Below, one piece after another: positions 7,674 through 17,281 of a DNA stretch of 25,453 nucleotides. Positions within the stretch are counted from its first letter, which is position 1; each line of letters begins with the position of its first letter. Source of the stretch: Candidatus Rifleibacteriota bacterium (lineage in GTDB: Bacteria > Muiribacteriota > Ozemobacteria > Ozemobacterales > Ozemobacteraceae); contig JBNJGH010000042.1 of the NCBI GenBank assembly GCA_051747585.1, positions 1 to 25,453 on the forward strand. Direction: 5' to 3'. The notes below the pieces were generated by a model, which was given only the letters and a program-made list of their open reading frames with translations, was not told where the DNA came from and made no database searches. The position numbers were made by a program, and so were the translations under genes.

Positions 7674-9014
7674 TTAATCAATTAATATTCCTGCGATATT
7701 GGCAGTTAAGAATGAGGCAAATGTGCCGGCTATGAGTGCTCTTATGCCGAGTTTGGCCAGATCGCCACGACGCTGAGGCGCTATGCCGCCGATGCCACCA
7801 AGCTGAATACCAATCGAGCCAAGGTTGGCAAAGCCGCAAAGCGCATAGCTCATAATAATTTTAGTGCGCTCTGTTATGGTTACTATTTCCCCATTTAACA
7901 TGAACTTGCCATTGATAACCTTACTTAAATCAGCATAGGCAACAAACTCATTCAATACAGTTTTTTTGCCAAGCAATATTCCGGCAATTTCCATGTCTTG
8001 TGCAGGTACGCCAAGCAACCAGGCAAATGGCCCGGCAACCAGTCCGAATAAAGAATCGAGTGTTGCATAACGGGTAATGCCGACAAGGCCTGCAAACATG
8101 CCCCAGAGGTGATTGGCCATTGCAATAAGGGCGAGAAAGCCGATAAGCATGGCTGCAACATTTATGGCCAGACCCATACCTTCTGAGCAGCCTCTTGCTG
8201 CGGCGTCAATTGCATTCTGGTCGACTTTTTCTATGTTCATGTCGATAGAACCGCTTGTATCAGGGGTCTCTGTTTCAGGAACGAGAATTTTAGCGAAAAC
8301 CAAGGCTGCCGGAGCTGACATAACGGATGCAGCAATAAGGTGCCCGGCAATATCGGGGAAGTTGCCCGAAAGCATGCCTACATAGCTGGCCATTACACCA
8401 CCTGCCACAGTTGCCATGCCCCCTGACATAATACAGGCGAGCTCAGAGAAAGTCATTTTTTCGATAAAGGGTTTAATGACCAGTGGCGCTTCGGTTTGGC
8501 CGACAAAAATATTGGCTGCTGCGCTTAGAGATTCAGCGCCGGAGGTTTTCATGGTTTTCTGCATGAGCCAGGCTACCCAGTAAACCAGGCGTTGCATTAT
8601 GCCTACGTGATAAAGAATCGCCATAAAAGCAGAAAAGAAAATAATAGTCGGTAAAACATTAAAGGCGAAATAGGCTCCTGTGTTAGCAACCATTTGAACG
8701 CCAGAAAGCTGATCAGCAAGTTTTCCGGTAATGCTTCCTTCAACCATGTTGACCGGAACAGTAAAATCTACAAGATTACCGAAGACAAAGCTTGCTCCAT
8801 CTTTGGTGAAGCTCAGTAGTGTAATTACCGCGTCATTGAGGTATGCAAAAGTTGCTTCTCCTGCATCAGTTCTGAGTATTAATACAGCAAAAAGGGCCTG
8901 TAAACCTATGCCCCATGCTACAAGTTTCCAGTTAATTTTTTTTCGGTCTGTTGAAAGCGCATAACAGATTCCAATTTGGATTGGTATGCCTATCAGGCTG
9001 ATAAATTTTTCCAT
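7674..9014 (-). CDS. nupC: NupC/NupG-family concentrative nucleoside (CNT) transporter
   Basis: FAFNVLPTIIFFS, ESLSAAANIFVGQTEAPL, GGMATVAGG, ASVMSAP, NEFVAY and YALCGFANLGSIGIQLGG signature segments. Confidence 0.93.
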   Translation of the reverse strand: MEKFISLIGIPIQIGICYALSTDRKKINWKLVAWGIGLQALFAVLILRTDAGEATFAYLNDAVITLLSFTKDGASFVFGNLVDFTVPVNMVEGSITGKLADQLSGVQMVANTGAYFAFNVLPTIIFFSAFMAILYHVGIMQRLVYWVAWLMQKTMKTSGAESLSAAANIFVGQTEAPLVIKPFIEKMTFSELACIMSGGMATVAGGVMASYVGMLSGNFPDIAGHLIAASVMSAPAALVFAKILVPETETPDTSGSIDMNIEKVDQNAIDAAARGCSEGMGLAINVAAMLIGFLALIAMANHLWGMFAGLVGITRYATLDSLFGLVAGPFAWLLGVPAQDMEIAGILLGKKTVLNEFVAYADLSKVINGKFMLNGEIVTITERTKIIMSYALCGFANLGSIGIQLGGIGGIAPQRRGDLAKLGIRALIAGTFASFLTANIAGILID

Positions 9015-9085
9015 TTCCCTGCTCCTGAGTGTCTGAATGCAGGAATGTTACCATAATATCAGAGCATTTTCACATAAAGAATTGT

Positions 9086-9137
9086 AAAAAAAACACTTTG
9101 AACAGGTTTAAAACCAGTTCAAAGTGTTTTTTTTTTT
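9086..9137 (-). terminator. Rho-independent terminator (bidirectional) after the VIT-vWA gene
   Basis: A8-CACTTTGAAC-AGGTTT-A-AAACCA-GTTCAAAGTG-T11 inverted repeat immediately downstream of the stop at 9140. Confidence 0.85.
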
Positions 9138-9139
9138 GC

Positions 9140-11401
9140 TTAAAGCTGTTCTAGACCTTGGTCGGGATCAATTTCAATTATCTGGTTATTGAACTTCACG
9201 ATAACTTTTTCGCCAAGAGAAAAGTAGCTACCAAGTTCCGGATATTTTTTCAGCAATTCAAAATATGCCGAAGACCAGGTTTTAATTAATTTGTCTGCTT
9301 TTTTTCCTTTAATTTCACTATCTACCCATTTGTTTTCGATATGGTAAAAGGTTTTGCCTTCAACTTCTTTGAAATCAGGCATATTGATTCCGGTTGATTT
9401 CATCTCAACGCTTCTTGCAGGTCTGGCAACAGGCGCGGCAGCGGACTTCATTGTATTCATTTGTCTGGAAGCACCTACGGCATCTGCTCCGGAACTTTCT
9501 GATTGCAGACTATCAAGAGAATACCGCTCGCGTTTAGCCTTAAATGCGTCTGACTTGATCGAACCTTTAGGTCGCATTGCTTTACGCAAATTGATTCTTT
9601 CGGGAGATTCGTCTTCAAGCACCAGAAAGGAAGTGTAAGGAGTTAGTATTCCATAGCGCTTGGCAAGAGAAATAATTTCGTTTTTCAGCTCTTCGTTAGA
9701 GCCATTTTTTCGTATTTGTTCGAGCAGAAAACCTATTTTTCTTGTGGCCCAGATTTTGCCTATAAAACTGTTCTGCTTTTCCTGTCTCGGAAAATCTGCT
9801 TCATAATCAATTTTAACACGCTGGTCTTTTATCGTTCCGCTTAGAGTTATCCTTGCAGCTCCCGGGCTGGTATATTGCCCAAGAAGAATTATATTGCTCT
9901 GGCGGAATACATCACCGACTTCTCTAGGGTAAATCTGTTTTACATCGACACCATGAAACTTCAAATCAACATTGGTTAGAGCCGGGTGAGTAAGTTTGGA
10001 AAATAAAGTAGAAATTTTTATTTCGAGATCTTCGTTTTCAGAAACATAGTCAGACGCACCATGATTTTCGTTGGCCAGTTTGTCTACCAGTTTTGCATTT
10101 AGATTGTCGCCGACTCCAAAAGAGAAAATTCTGGCATTGGATTTATTGTGTTTTTGAACTTCTTTTATTATACTTTCAGGATCAGTAATTCCCGCTGTAG
10201 GCTTACCATCAGTTACAAAGACTACGTATTTTGGATTGCCTGTCTCGCTTTTGTTGAGGGCTTCAAGAGCAAGATTAAAAGCTTCGGAAATATTTGTTCC
10301 TCCCATTGCTTCAAGATTACTTATGTAATTTAATGCACCTTGACGTCTGTCTTTGTTCATTTTTATCAATTCTGATTTGTAAGATTCGGCTACAGTTGAA
10401 AAATTGCACAGGAAAAACGAACTCTCATCTGAAAGCGCATTGATACAAAATTCAAGAGCTTGTTGAGCCTGAGTGAATTTTTTACCCGCCATGCTTCCTG
10501 AGGTATCCAATACCAGAGCGACATCCACAGCCGGAGCTTTCTCATCCTGTTGTTTAAATCTTGGGGCAAGCATAAGCATGAAGGTTCCGTCTTCGGAAGG
10601 GTCGGGGCGGTTGGTAATGACAGATACAGAAAGATCTTTTTCTGATACGGCGTAGTACACGACAAAATCTTTAACCGGTTCGTGGCTTTCAGCTTCGAAA
10701 CCAACAACTACTTCAGTTTCGCTTTTGCGGTTGATAGAAATTTTGTGTGTTGGCGAATAGATTGAGGTAATGGGCAGATCAGATTTGATTGTACCCTGAA
10801 TCATTACATCTTTCATTGGTTCCTGGGAATATCGATCGATATCCAGAGGGTAAACATACCTGATCAGGTTGCCTTCGATTTTGAGAGCTTCCTGATAGGC
10901 GATCTTTACATCTTTATCACTTAAAGCTTTAATTGGATAAATACGAGTTTTAAAAAGACCTTGTCCCATGTATTCAAGAAGCCCTGGATCTCGCATTTGG
11001 CGCACTATGTCTTCATAGATTTTTTTTGCTTTTTCTGAATCAAGCAATTCACCTTTTGTCATTTTGCCATCTATATCCATAGCAAACTCGCTGATCGAGG
11101 CGTTTATCGGCAAAGGAAAAATATAAAGCCCCTCTATGGTTCTGTTTTCATGATTGTAAAAAGTTTGGTCTACAGCAGTTGAAGCGGCAAGATTGTTTAT
11201 TTCAAATTTGACGTGATGCTTCTTTATCGAAAGAGGAACGGTAAAGTTCCCAGCTGGTCTGCTGGGTGGTCGAATTATAAAACTGGAGTTTATTTTTTGT
11301 TTGTGCTCGACGGGAAAAATCATTCCATCGGCAAGAGCAGGGGAAGAAAAGCTTAAAAAACAAAGAAAGGCAGCAAAAAACACAAACAGATATTTATTCA
11401 T
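9140..11401 (-). CDS. Secreted VIT + von Willebrand A domain protein
   Basis: Signal peptide (..SSPALA/DG); VIT motifs QTFYN, EGLYIFPLP, AKKIYEDIVRQMRDPGLLE; vWA MIDAS DTSGS, GGTNI, FVTDGKPTAG; C-terminal LAKRYGILTPYTSFLVLE and KTFY..WVD. Confidence 0.9.
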   Translation of the reverse strand: MNKYLFVFFAAFLCFLSFSSPALADGMIFPVEHKQKINSSFIIRPPSRPAGNFTVPLSIKKHHVKFEINNLAASTAVDQTFYNHENRTIEGLYIFPLPINASISEFAMDIDGKMTKGELLDSEKAKKIYEDIVRQMRDPGLLEYMGQGLFKTRIYPIKALSDKDVKIAYQEALKIEGNLIRYVYPLDIDRYSQEPMKDVMIQGTIKSDLPITSIYSPTHKISINRKSETEVVVGFEAESHEPVKDFVVYYAVSEKDLSVSVITNRPDPSEDGTFMLMLAPRFKQQDEKAPAVDVALVLDTSGSMAGKKFTQAQQALEFCINALSDESSFFLCNFSTVAESYKSELIKMNKDRRQGALNYISNLEAMGGTNISEAFNLALEALNKSETGNPKYVVFVTDGKPTAGITDPESIIKEVQKHNKSNARIFSFGVGDNLNAKLVDKLANENHGASDYVSENEDLEIKISTLFSKLTHPALTNVDLKFHGVDVKQIYPREVGDVFRQSNIILLGQYTSPGAARITLSGTIKDQRVKIDYEADFPRQEKQNSFIGKIWATRKIGFLLEQIRKNGSNEELKNEIISLAKRYGILTPYTSFLVLEDESPERINLRKAMRPKGSIKSDAFKAKRERYSLDSLQSESSGADAVGASRQMNTMKSAAAPVARPARSVEMKSTGINMPDFKEVEGKTFYHIENKWVDSEIKGKKADKLIKTWSSAYFELLKKYPELGSYFSLGEKVIVKFNNQIIEIDPDQGLEQL

Positions 11402-11471
11402 CTCGTTCCTCCAGATAGATATACCTCTTATAACGCAAAAGCTTAACAGCGGATTTAAAATAATTTTTTGT

Positions 11472-11798
11472 CTATATTAGTGGTTTAAGAATGGCGAGTA
11501 GAAAGGCTTGAATGTAATAAGTTAAAAATTCAATAACTCGATCGGCACCTAAATTCTCAAGAAGACTTTTGGTGTTTTTGGGTACAATGAATTTGCCAAA
11601 AATAATTATACCACAAAAGAATACTAAGAAACATAGAAGATAGATTCGAGCCCGGGCAAAAGTTGAAAGCCGGGTATTTACCCGGTGCGCATTACCCCAG
11701 ATAAACGAGACCCAGGCAAGCGCACCTAAACCCAGAATTATTATAGTAATAATTTCTGCCCAATATGGGTCAGCAATTAATGAATAAAGCGTATGCAT
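11472..11798 (-). CDS. Small hypothetical membrane protein (2-3 TM)
   Basis: 108 aa ORF 19 bp downstream of pheT on the same strand, with strongly hydrophobic segments. Confidence 0.7.
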   Translation of the reverse strand: MHTLYSLIADPYWAEIITIIILGLGALAWVSFIWGNAHRVNTRLSTFARARIYLLCFLVFFCGIIIFGKFIVPKNTKSLLENLGADRVIEFLTYYIQAFLLAILKPLI

Positions 11799-11817
11799 AA
11801 TTAATTTTTCAGATCAG

Positions 11818-14196
11818 TCAGCGCAGTTCAACCTCCAGGTTCTTGCTAAGTTTATCGACAATTTTGCTGATTAAAGGTTCGATCTGTTCATCGGTTAAAG
11901 TCTGTTTATTATCTCTAAAAGTCAATGAATAAGCCATTGACCTGTATCCCTCACTTATTCCTTTGCCCTGATATATATCGAAAAGATGACTGTCTTCCAA
12001 TAATTTTCCGGCTTCGGAATTGATTATTTTCATTATATCACGGTGGTTAACCTTTTCGGGAACCAATAAAGCCAGATCTCTTCGAATTGCCGGAATCTCT
12101 GGAATAGGCTGCATTCTTGGTATTTTGGTTTTCTTTTCCGCAAGCATCCCAAGGTCCAGTTCTACCATAAAAATATCTTCGGGCATTTTCTTGTTATCAA
12201 GAAATCTTGGGTGCAATTTCCCAAATTGACCGACAAGGGTCTTTTCGCAGAGAACATCAATTTGAAGAGCCGGATGGAATACTGAACAGCTGCCGGGGGT
12301 GTATTTAAACTTTAATCCGGCCAGGCGAGCGATATTTTCAACTATTCCTTTAATTATAAACAGGTCAAATTTTTCATGACTGGAACGCCAGTTTAAAGGG
12401 TTAACTGCTCCGGAGAATCCGAGACAAATGCGGCTGTGTTCCTGCGAGATTTCACCTGCGCCAGAATGGAAAATTTTTCCGGTTTCAAATAATTTCAGGT
12501 CAAATTCATCGTTAAGAATGTTTCGTCGAATAGCGTCAAACATGCCCCACTTCAAGCTGGTTCTCATGCTGGCCTGATCTTCAGAAAGCGGGTTTTGAAG
12601 ATTCAGAGGTTTCTTTTCTCTGAAAGATTTATCTATATCTGCGGGAATGAAACTGTAACTTATAATTTGATTGAAACCCAGCGAAACAAGATGATGTTTC
12701 ATTCGCTTTTCCAGCTTCTGCAGTGGGCTGGGAAGCTGGAGAACGGAAGTAATAGCGGGAAGAGTTTCGGGAATATTATTGTAACCGTACATTCTTGCTA
12801 TTTCTTCTATGAGATCCGCTTCAATTTCTATGTCATGTCTGTAAGGCGGAACACTTACGATCAGGTCTTCGCCTTCGCGTCTTGTTTCAAGTTTGAGGCG
12901 CAGAAGATAGGTTTCAATTTGAGCCGGACTCAAATTTATACCGATAATTTTGTTTACTCTACGAGTTCTAACTCTGACCTGACTTAGTATTTCCTGTTTG
13001 GGATAGGCATCAAAAATGCCTTTTACCGGTTCGGCCTCTGAGTATTTTTTGAGTAATCTTGCTGCTTCGTTAAGAGCAATCGGCACATTGTCAATATTGG
13101 TGCCACGCTCAAAGCGGTAAGATGATTCAGACATCATCGAGAGCCTTTTTGCCGTTTTTCTAATAGAAACGGGATCGAAGCTTGCACCCTCAAGAAGTAT
13201 ATCGCGGGTTTTATCGTTTACTGAAGAATCCAGTCCGCCCATGACACCTGCAAGCGCTACAGGTTTTTCGTTATCGGCAATAACAAGCATTGAGGAATCG
13301 AGTTTTCTTTCCTGCTCGTCAAGAGTTATTAGAGTTTCGTTCGCTCGTGCACTTCTGATTATGATTTTTCTATCTTTTATTTTATCCAGATCAAAAGCAT
13401 GCATCGGGTGGCCGATATCATGCATTACATAATTTGTAATATCAACTACATTATTGATTGCTCTAATTCCTATTGCTTCAAGCCTTCTTTGCATCCATTC
13501 CGGGGCAGGCCCGACTTTAACATTTTTTACAACTCTTGCACCATAACGGGGGCAAAGCTCATCGTTTTCGATCTCAATTTGAATTTCATTTTCGATATTG
13601 TCAGAGCCATCGTCATTGCCCAGGGCGGCACGATTCATAGGAAGATTAAAGATTGCAGAGAGTTCTCTTGCTACCCCAAGGTGTGAAAGGGCGTCGCCAC
13701 GGTTCGGGGTAAGGCTGATATCAAAAATTACTTCATCCATGCCAAGAGCTTTTACTATGTCTTGTCCAATTGGAGTTTCAGGCGGGAGAATTAAAAGTCC
13801 GGAGCTGTCCTGGGCAAGCTCGAGTTCTGCTTTGCTGCACATCATGCCGAATGATTCTATTCCGCGAATTTTAGCTCGGCTGATTTCAAAGCCTGAAGGC
13901 AGCTTGGCACCTACAAGGGCTACCGGAACTTTGTCGCCGGGTTTCATGTTTTTAGCACCGCACACAATCTGCAATGGTTCGCCTTGATTGGCATTTACCT
14001 TGCAAAGGCTTAGCTTGTCGGCATCAGGATGTTTTTCCATGGTCAAAATTTCACCGACTACAACATTGTTTAAATTTTTACCGGGTTGAATGATTTCTTC
14101 AACTTCCAGACCGGCCATATTTAGTGCGTCTGCAATTTTTTCGGGGGTTTCTTCAATATCTATATAATCTTTAAGCCAGTTAAGTAATATTTTCAC
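11818..14196 (-). CDS. pheT: Phenylalanine--tRNA ligase beta subunit
   Basis: HPDADKL, IVCGAKN, TPNRGDALSHLGVARE, NNVVDITNY, SYRFERG, DLIEEIARMYGY, C-terminal FDX-ACB domain; GTG start with GAGGT overlapping the pheS stop. Confidence 0.98.
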   Translation of the reverse strand: MKILLNWLKDYIDIEETPEKIADALNMAGLEVEEIIQPGKNLNNVVVGEILTMEKHPDADKLSLCKVNANQGEPLQIVCGAKNMKPGDKVPVALVGAKLPSGFEISRAKIRGIESFGMMCSKAELELAQDSSGLLILPPETPIGQDIVKALGMDEVIFDISLTPNRGDALSHLGVARELSAIFNLPMNRAALGNDDGSDNIENEIQIEIENDELCPRYGARVVKNVKVGPAPEWMQRRLEAIGIRAINNVVDITNYVMHDIGHPMHAFDLDKIKDRKIIIRSARANETLITLDEQERKLDSSMLVIADNEKPVALAGVMGGLDSSVNDKTRDILLEGASFDPVSIRKTAKRLSMMSESSYRFERGTNIDNVPIALNEAARLLKKYSEAEPVKGIFDAYPKQEILSQVRVRTRRVNKIIGINLSPAQIETYLLRLKLETRREGEDLIVSVPPYRHDIEIEADLIEEIARMYGYNNIPETLPAITSVLQLPSPLQKLEKRMKHHLVSLGFNQIISYSFIPADIDKSFREKKPLNLQNPLSEDQASMRTSLKWGMFDAIRRNILNDEFDLKLFETGKIFHSGAGEISQEHSRICLGFSGAVNPLNWRSSHEKFDLFIIKGIVENIARLAGLKFKYTPGSCSVFHPALQIDVLCEKTLVGQFGKLHPRFLDNKKMPEDIFMVELDLGMLAEKKTKIPRMQPIPEIPAIRRDLALLVPEKVNHRDIMKIINSEAGKLLEDSHLFDIYQGKGISEGYRSMAYSLTFRDNKQTLTDEQIEPLISKIVDKLSKNLEVELR

Positions 14197-14206
14197 AGTC
14201 TCTACC

Positions 14207-15220
14207 TCAAAATTGTCGTAAGAATCTAATGTCTGAATTAAAAAGTAATCTTATGTCATTTATTCCGTATTTAAGCATTGCCATTCTTTCTATGCCCATG
14301 CCAAAGGCAAACCCGGAATATTTTTCGGTGTCATATCCAACAGCGGAAAAAACTTTTGGATTAACCATTCCGCAACCTAGAACTTCCATCCAACCGGTGC
14401 CTTTGCAGACTTTGCAGCCTTTTCCTTCACAGAAAATACATTGAATATCCATTTCAGCCGAAGGCTCGGTAAAAGGAAAATAGCTGGGGCGAAATCTATG
14501 TGGTCTTTTGCCGAACATATTTTCGACAAACATTACCAAAGTGCCTTTAAGGTCGCTCATACTGATATTTTCACCGACAACCAGCCCTTCCATTTGATGA
14601 AACATTGGAGAGTGGGTAATATCGCTGTCTCTTCTAAAAACCTTGCCAAGCCCTATCATTTTAAGAGGTGGCTGGAGCTTTTCCATTGTTCTGATTTGAA
14701 CCGGCGAAGTCTGGGTTCTTAAAACCTGACCGGATTGCAGATAAAAGGTATCCTGCATTTCTCTGGCGGGATGATGTGCCGGAACATTCAAGGCCTCAAA
14801 GTTATAGTATTCTTCTTCTATTTCGGGGCCTTCAGCCATAAAAAAGCCCATTGATAAAAATATTTCAGCTATTTCATCAGCTACCTGATCGACCGGGTGA
14901 AGTGTTCCGGTTTGATGAAACAGTCCGGGCAGCGAGTGGTCAGGTCGCTCTGCATGAAGTTTTTCTTCCTGCTCTTTCAATGCGAAGTCTCGCATCGATT
15001 CTTCAAGAGATTTCTGAATTTCTGCCTTTATTTTATTAATTTCAGCGCCGATAGTTTTGCGCTTTTCTTTAGGCAGTTTCCCCAAACCTTTAAGCTGTTG
15101 GGTAATTTCACCTTTTTTTCCCAGATACTTTACCCTTAAAGATTCAAGATCTGATGTCGTTTTAGCAGATTCTTTTTCAGAATGATATTGCTGTAATAAT
15201 TTTGGATGAGATTCTGACAT
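14207..15220 (-). CDS. pheS: Phenylalanine--tRNA ligase alpha subunit
   Basis: HPAREMQDTFY, LRTQTSPVQIR, HSPMFHQMEG, RFRPSYFPFTEPS, CxxC-x4-CxxC, GFAFGMGIER. Confidence 0.98.
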   Translation of the reverse strand: MSESHPKLLQQYHSEKESAKTTSDLESLRVKYLGKKGEITQQLKGLGKLPKEKRKTIGAEINKIKAEIQKSLEESMRDFALKEQEEKLHAERPDHSLPGLFHQTGTLHPVDQVADEIAEIFLSMGFFMAEGPEIEEEYYNFEALNVPAHHPAREMQDTFYLQSGQVLRTQTSPVQIRTMEKLQPPLKMIGLGKVFRRDSDITHSPMFHQMEGLVVGENISMSDLKGTLVMFVENMFGKRPHRFRPSYFPFTEPSAEMDIQCIFCEGKGCKVCKGTGWMEVLGCGMVNPKVFSAVGYDTEKYSGFAFGMGIERMAMLKYGINDIRLLFNSDIRFLRQF

Positions 15221-15250
15221 TTGATCTCCTTTGCAAACATCTTTATTGTT

Positions 15251-16021
15251 TTAAAGTTTTTGTTGCCTGGCCCACTCATAAAGAAATATTGCAGATGATG
15301 CCGCAACATTTAATGATTCTACTTGTCCGGGCATTGGAATGGCAAGTTTTATCGAGCATTCATCTATTATGAATTTCTCAAGTCCCTGTCCTTCCTGTCC
15401 AAGAAAGATAGCACATCTTTTCGGAAAGGTGAAATTAAAGATTGAGCTGCCGGTCATGTCGGCGCATATAGTTGAAAATCCCATGTCTTTCAAGCTCTTA
15501 TTCAGCCCATCAAACTGCAGGTTGGAAAATACCGGCAGCCTGAAACTACTTCCCATGGCGGCTCTAATGACTTTTGAGTTGTCGGGGTTGCAAGTTCCTT
15601 TGAGGCAGCAGACAGCATTTGCGCCCATAGCTTCGGAACTTCTTATGATATTTCCCAGGTTTCCCGGGTCTTGAACCCTGTCGAGGACTACTATAAGTTT
15701 TGCCTTTTCCAACACCTTAGCTAAATTCGGCTGGTTTTTATTTTGAAAAATGCAGATGCAGTTATTGGGAGTTGAAAGGGTTGAAATCTGTGAGAATAGT
15801 TGATCAGGGATCTCTGCGCCGATTGAGTTTAACTCGCTAAATTCTGCTTTGCTGCCGGGAGTTTTGAAAAATAACACCGGGTCAGCATTTGATTTTAAAG
15901 CTTCTGCTATTAGCTTGGGACCTTCTACCAGAAAAAAATCGGGAATGTTATTGCGGGAAACTTTAACGGCTAATTTGAAATCTGGATTGTTTTTTGAATT
16001 AATTTCTTTAAGTTTTACCAT
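15251..16021 (-). CDS. TrmH/SpoU-family RNA 2'-O-methyltransferase
   Basis: LDRVQDPGNLGNIIRS, KVIRAAMGS, LGQEGQGL and IPMPGQVESLNVA SPOUT motifs; common neighbour of pheS. Confidence 0.93.
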   Translation of the reverse strand: MVKLKEINSKNNPDFKLAVKVSRNNIPDFFLVEGPKLIAEALKSNADPVLFFKTPGSKAEFSELNSIGAEIPDQLFSQISTLSTPNNCICIFQNKNQPNLAKVLEKAKLIVVLDRVQDPGNLGNIIRSSEAMGANAVCCLKGTCNPDNSKVIRAAMGSSFRLPVFSNLQFDGLNKSLKDMGFSTICADMTGSSIFNFTFPKRCAIFLGQEGQGLEKFIIDECSIKLAIPMPGQVESLNVAASSAIFLYEWARQQKL

Positions 16022-16034
16022 TGTTTATATAAAT

Positions 16035-16073
16035 AAAAAAAACACCCGGGAACTTAAACCCGGGTGTTTTTTT
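16035..16073 (-). terminator. Rho-independent terminator after rplT
   Basis: A8-CACCCGGG-AACTTAAA-CCCGGGTG-T7 perfect GC stem flanked by A/T tracts, 10 bp after the rplT stop. Confidence 0.9.
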
Positions 16074-16083
16074 GCATAAATAT

Positions 16084-16440
16084 TTATGCTACCTGTTGTT
16101 TGGCAAGCTCAACAATTTCGGTGAAGCTCTGAGGGTCTCTTACTGCGATATCGGCGAGCGCTTTGCGATTGAGATCAATGCCGGCTTTTTTAAGACCATG
16201 CATGAAAACGCTATAGGTAATTTCGTTCATTCTGCAGGCAGCGTTAATTCTGGTTATCCACAAGGTTCTGAATTCACGGCTTCGGGCGCGACGATCATGA
16301 TAAGAATGATCAAGTGCATGAATTACAGTTTCTTTTGCAACTTTTTTTACATTCTTGTGACTTCCCCAGAACCCTTTAGCTCTGCGAAAGACCTTTTTTT
16401 CCTTACGTCTGGCATTACTTCCACTTTTAGATCTTGGCAT
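16084..16440 (-). CDS. rplT: 50S ribosomal protein L20
   Basis: [41 protein letters not shown] Shine-Dalgarno. Confidence 0.98.
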   Translation of the reverse strand: MPRSKSGSNARRKEKKVFRRAKGFWGSHKNVKKVAKETVIHALDHSYHDRRARSREFRTLWITRINAACRMNEITYSVFMHGLKKAGIDLNRKALADIAVRDPQSFTEIVELAKQQVA

Positions 16441-16488
16441 TTTCTATTCCTCCTGAAATTGATTAACCCAGTTACTCGCGACTCCGGG

Positions 16489-16686
16489 TCAGGAGTAGGG
16501 CAGCATTACTTTTAATGCATTTTCATTGGCTTTTACACAGTTTTGAGACTGACGATAAGCTCTTTTGCGCTTACTTGACTTCTTAGTCAATATATGGCTG
16601 CCATATGGTTTGTAGCGGCGGAAAGCACCAGAACCTGTTCTTTTGATGCGTTTAGCTGCACCGCGATGTGTTTTCATTTTAGGCAT
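16489..16686 (-). CDS. rpmI: 50S ribosomal protein L35
   Basis: [31 protein letters not shown] Shine-Dalgarno. Confidence 0.98.
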   Translation of the reverse strand: MPKMKTHRGAAKRIKRTGSGAFRRYKPYGSHILTKKSSKRKRAYRQSQNCVKANENALKVMLPYS

Positions 16687-16715
16687 AATATATTCCTCCT
16701 GATGGCAGTTAATTA

Positions 16716-17231
16716 CTATTTTTTCTTGGCACGGTAGAGAATCATTGTGATACAGTGGCCTTCTTTAGCAGCGGGTTTTTCAATGTCTGCATCTTCACCA
16801 AGGATTTCAATCATTCGGTCAATGACTTTATAGCCAATTTCTGTGTGAGCTCTTTCACGACCTCTAAAGAAAACAGAAACTTTTACTTTGTCACCATCGC
16901 CTAAGAATTTTCTGATGCGATTACATTTGGTCTGTAAATCGCCTTCATCTGTTTTGGGTCTAACCTTAACTTCTTTAAGCTTGATAACTTTCTGCTTTTT
17001 CTTGGCTTCTTTGGCTTTTTTAGTCAATTCGTATTTATACTGACCAAAATCCATTAATTTACAGACTGGTGGCCTGGCTTTAGGAGCTACTTCTACCAGG
17101 TCTAAGCCGCGCTCGTCAGCCATCTGCATTGCCTGGCTTGTTGGCACTACGCCGACCATTTCACCTTCTTCATCCACCAGACGTACCTGTGGAACCCTGA
17201 TCCTTCTGTTAACACGAACGTTACCTTTGAT
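16716..17231 (-). CDS. infC: Translation initiation factor IF-3 (probable non-AUG ATC start)
   Basis: [43 protein letters not shown]. Minus strand reads GGAGGT-ATG-AGT-ATC-AAA: ATC (17231) is 6 nt from the SD and gives 171 aa, whereas ATG (17237) abuts the SD. Confidence 0.96.
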   Translation of the reverse strand: MKGNVRVNRRIRVPQVRLVDEEGEMVGVVPTSQAMQMADERGLDLVEVAPKARPPVCKLMDFGQYKYELTKKAKEAKKKQKVIKLKEVKVRPKTDEGDLQTKCNRIRKFLGDGDKVKVSVFFRGRERAHTEIGYKVIDRMIEILGEDADIEKPAAKEGHCITMILYRAKKK

Positions 17232-17244
17232 ACTCATACCTCCG

Positions 17245-17281
17245 AAAAAAATAAAAATGGAGCAGCAAGACGCCGCTCCAT
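17245..17281 (-). terminator. Attenuator terminator in the infC leader
   Basis: Minus strand ATGGAGCGGC-GTCTT-GCTGCTCCAT followed by TTTTATTTTTTT, ending just before the infC SD. Confidence 0.85.

Noticed and set aside
9015..9085. Purine or nucleoside riboswitch upstream of nupC
   Set aside because: Only about 70 bp between terminator and start; no purine-aptamer core motifs.
16072..16515. 147-aa plus-strand ORF
   Set aside because: Antisense shadow of rplT; no independent start signals.
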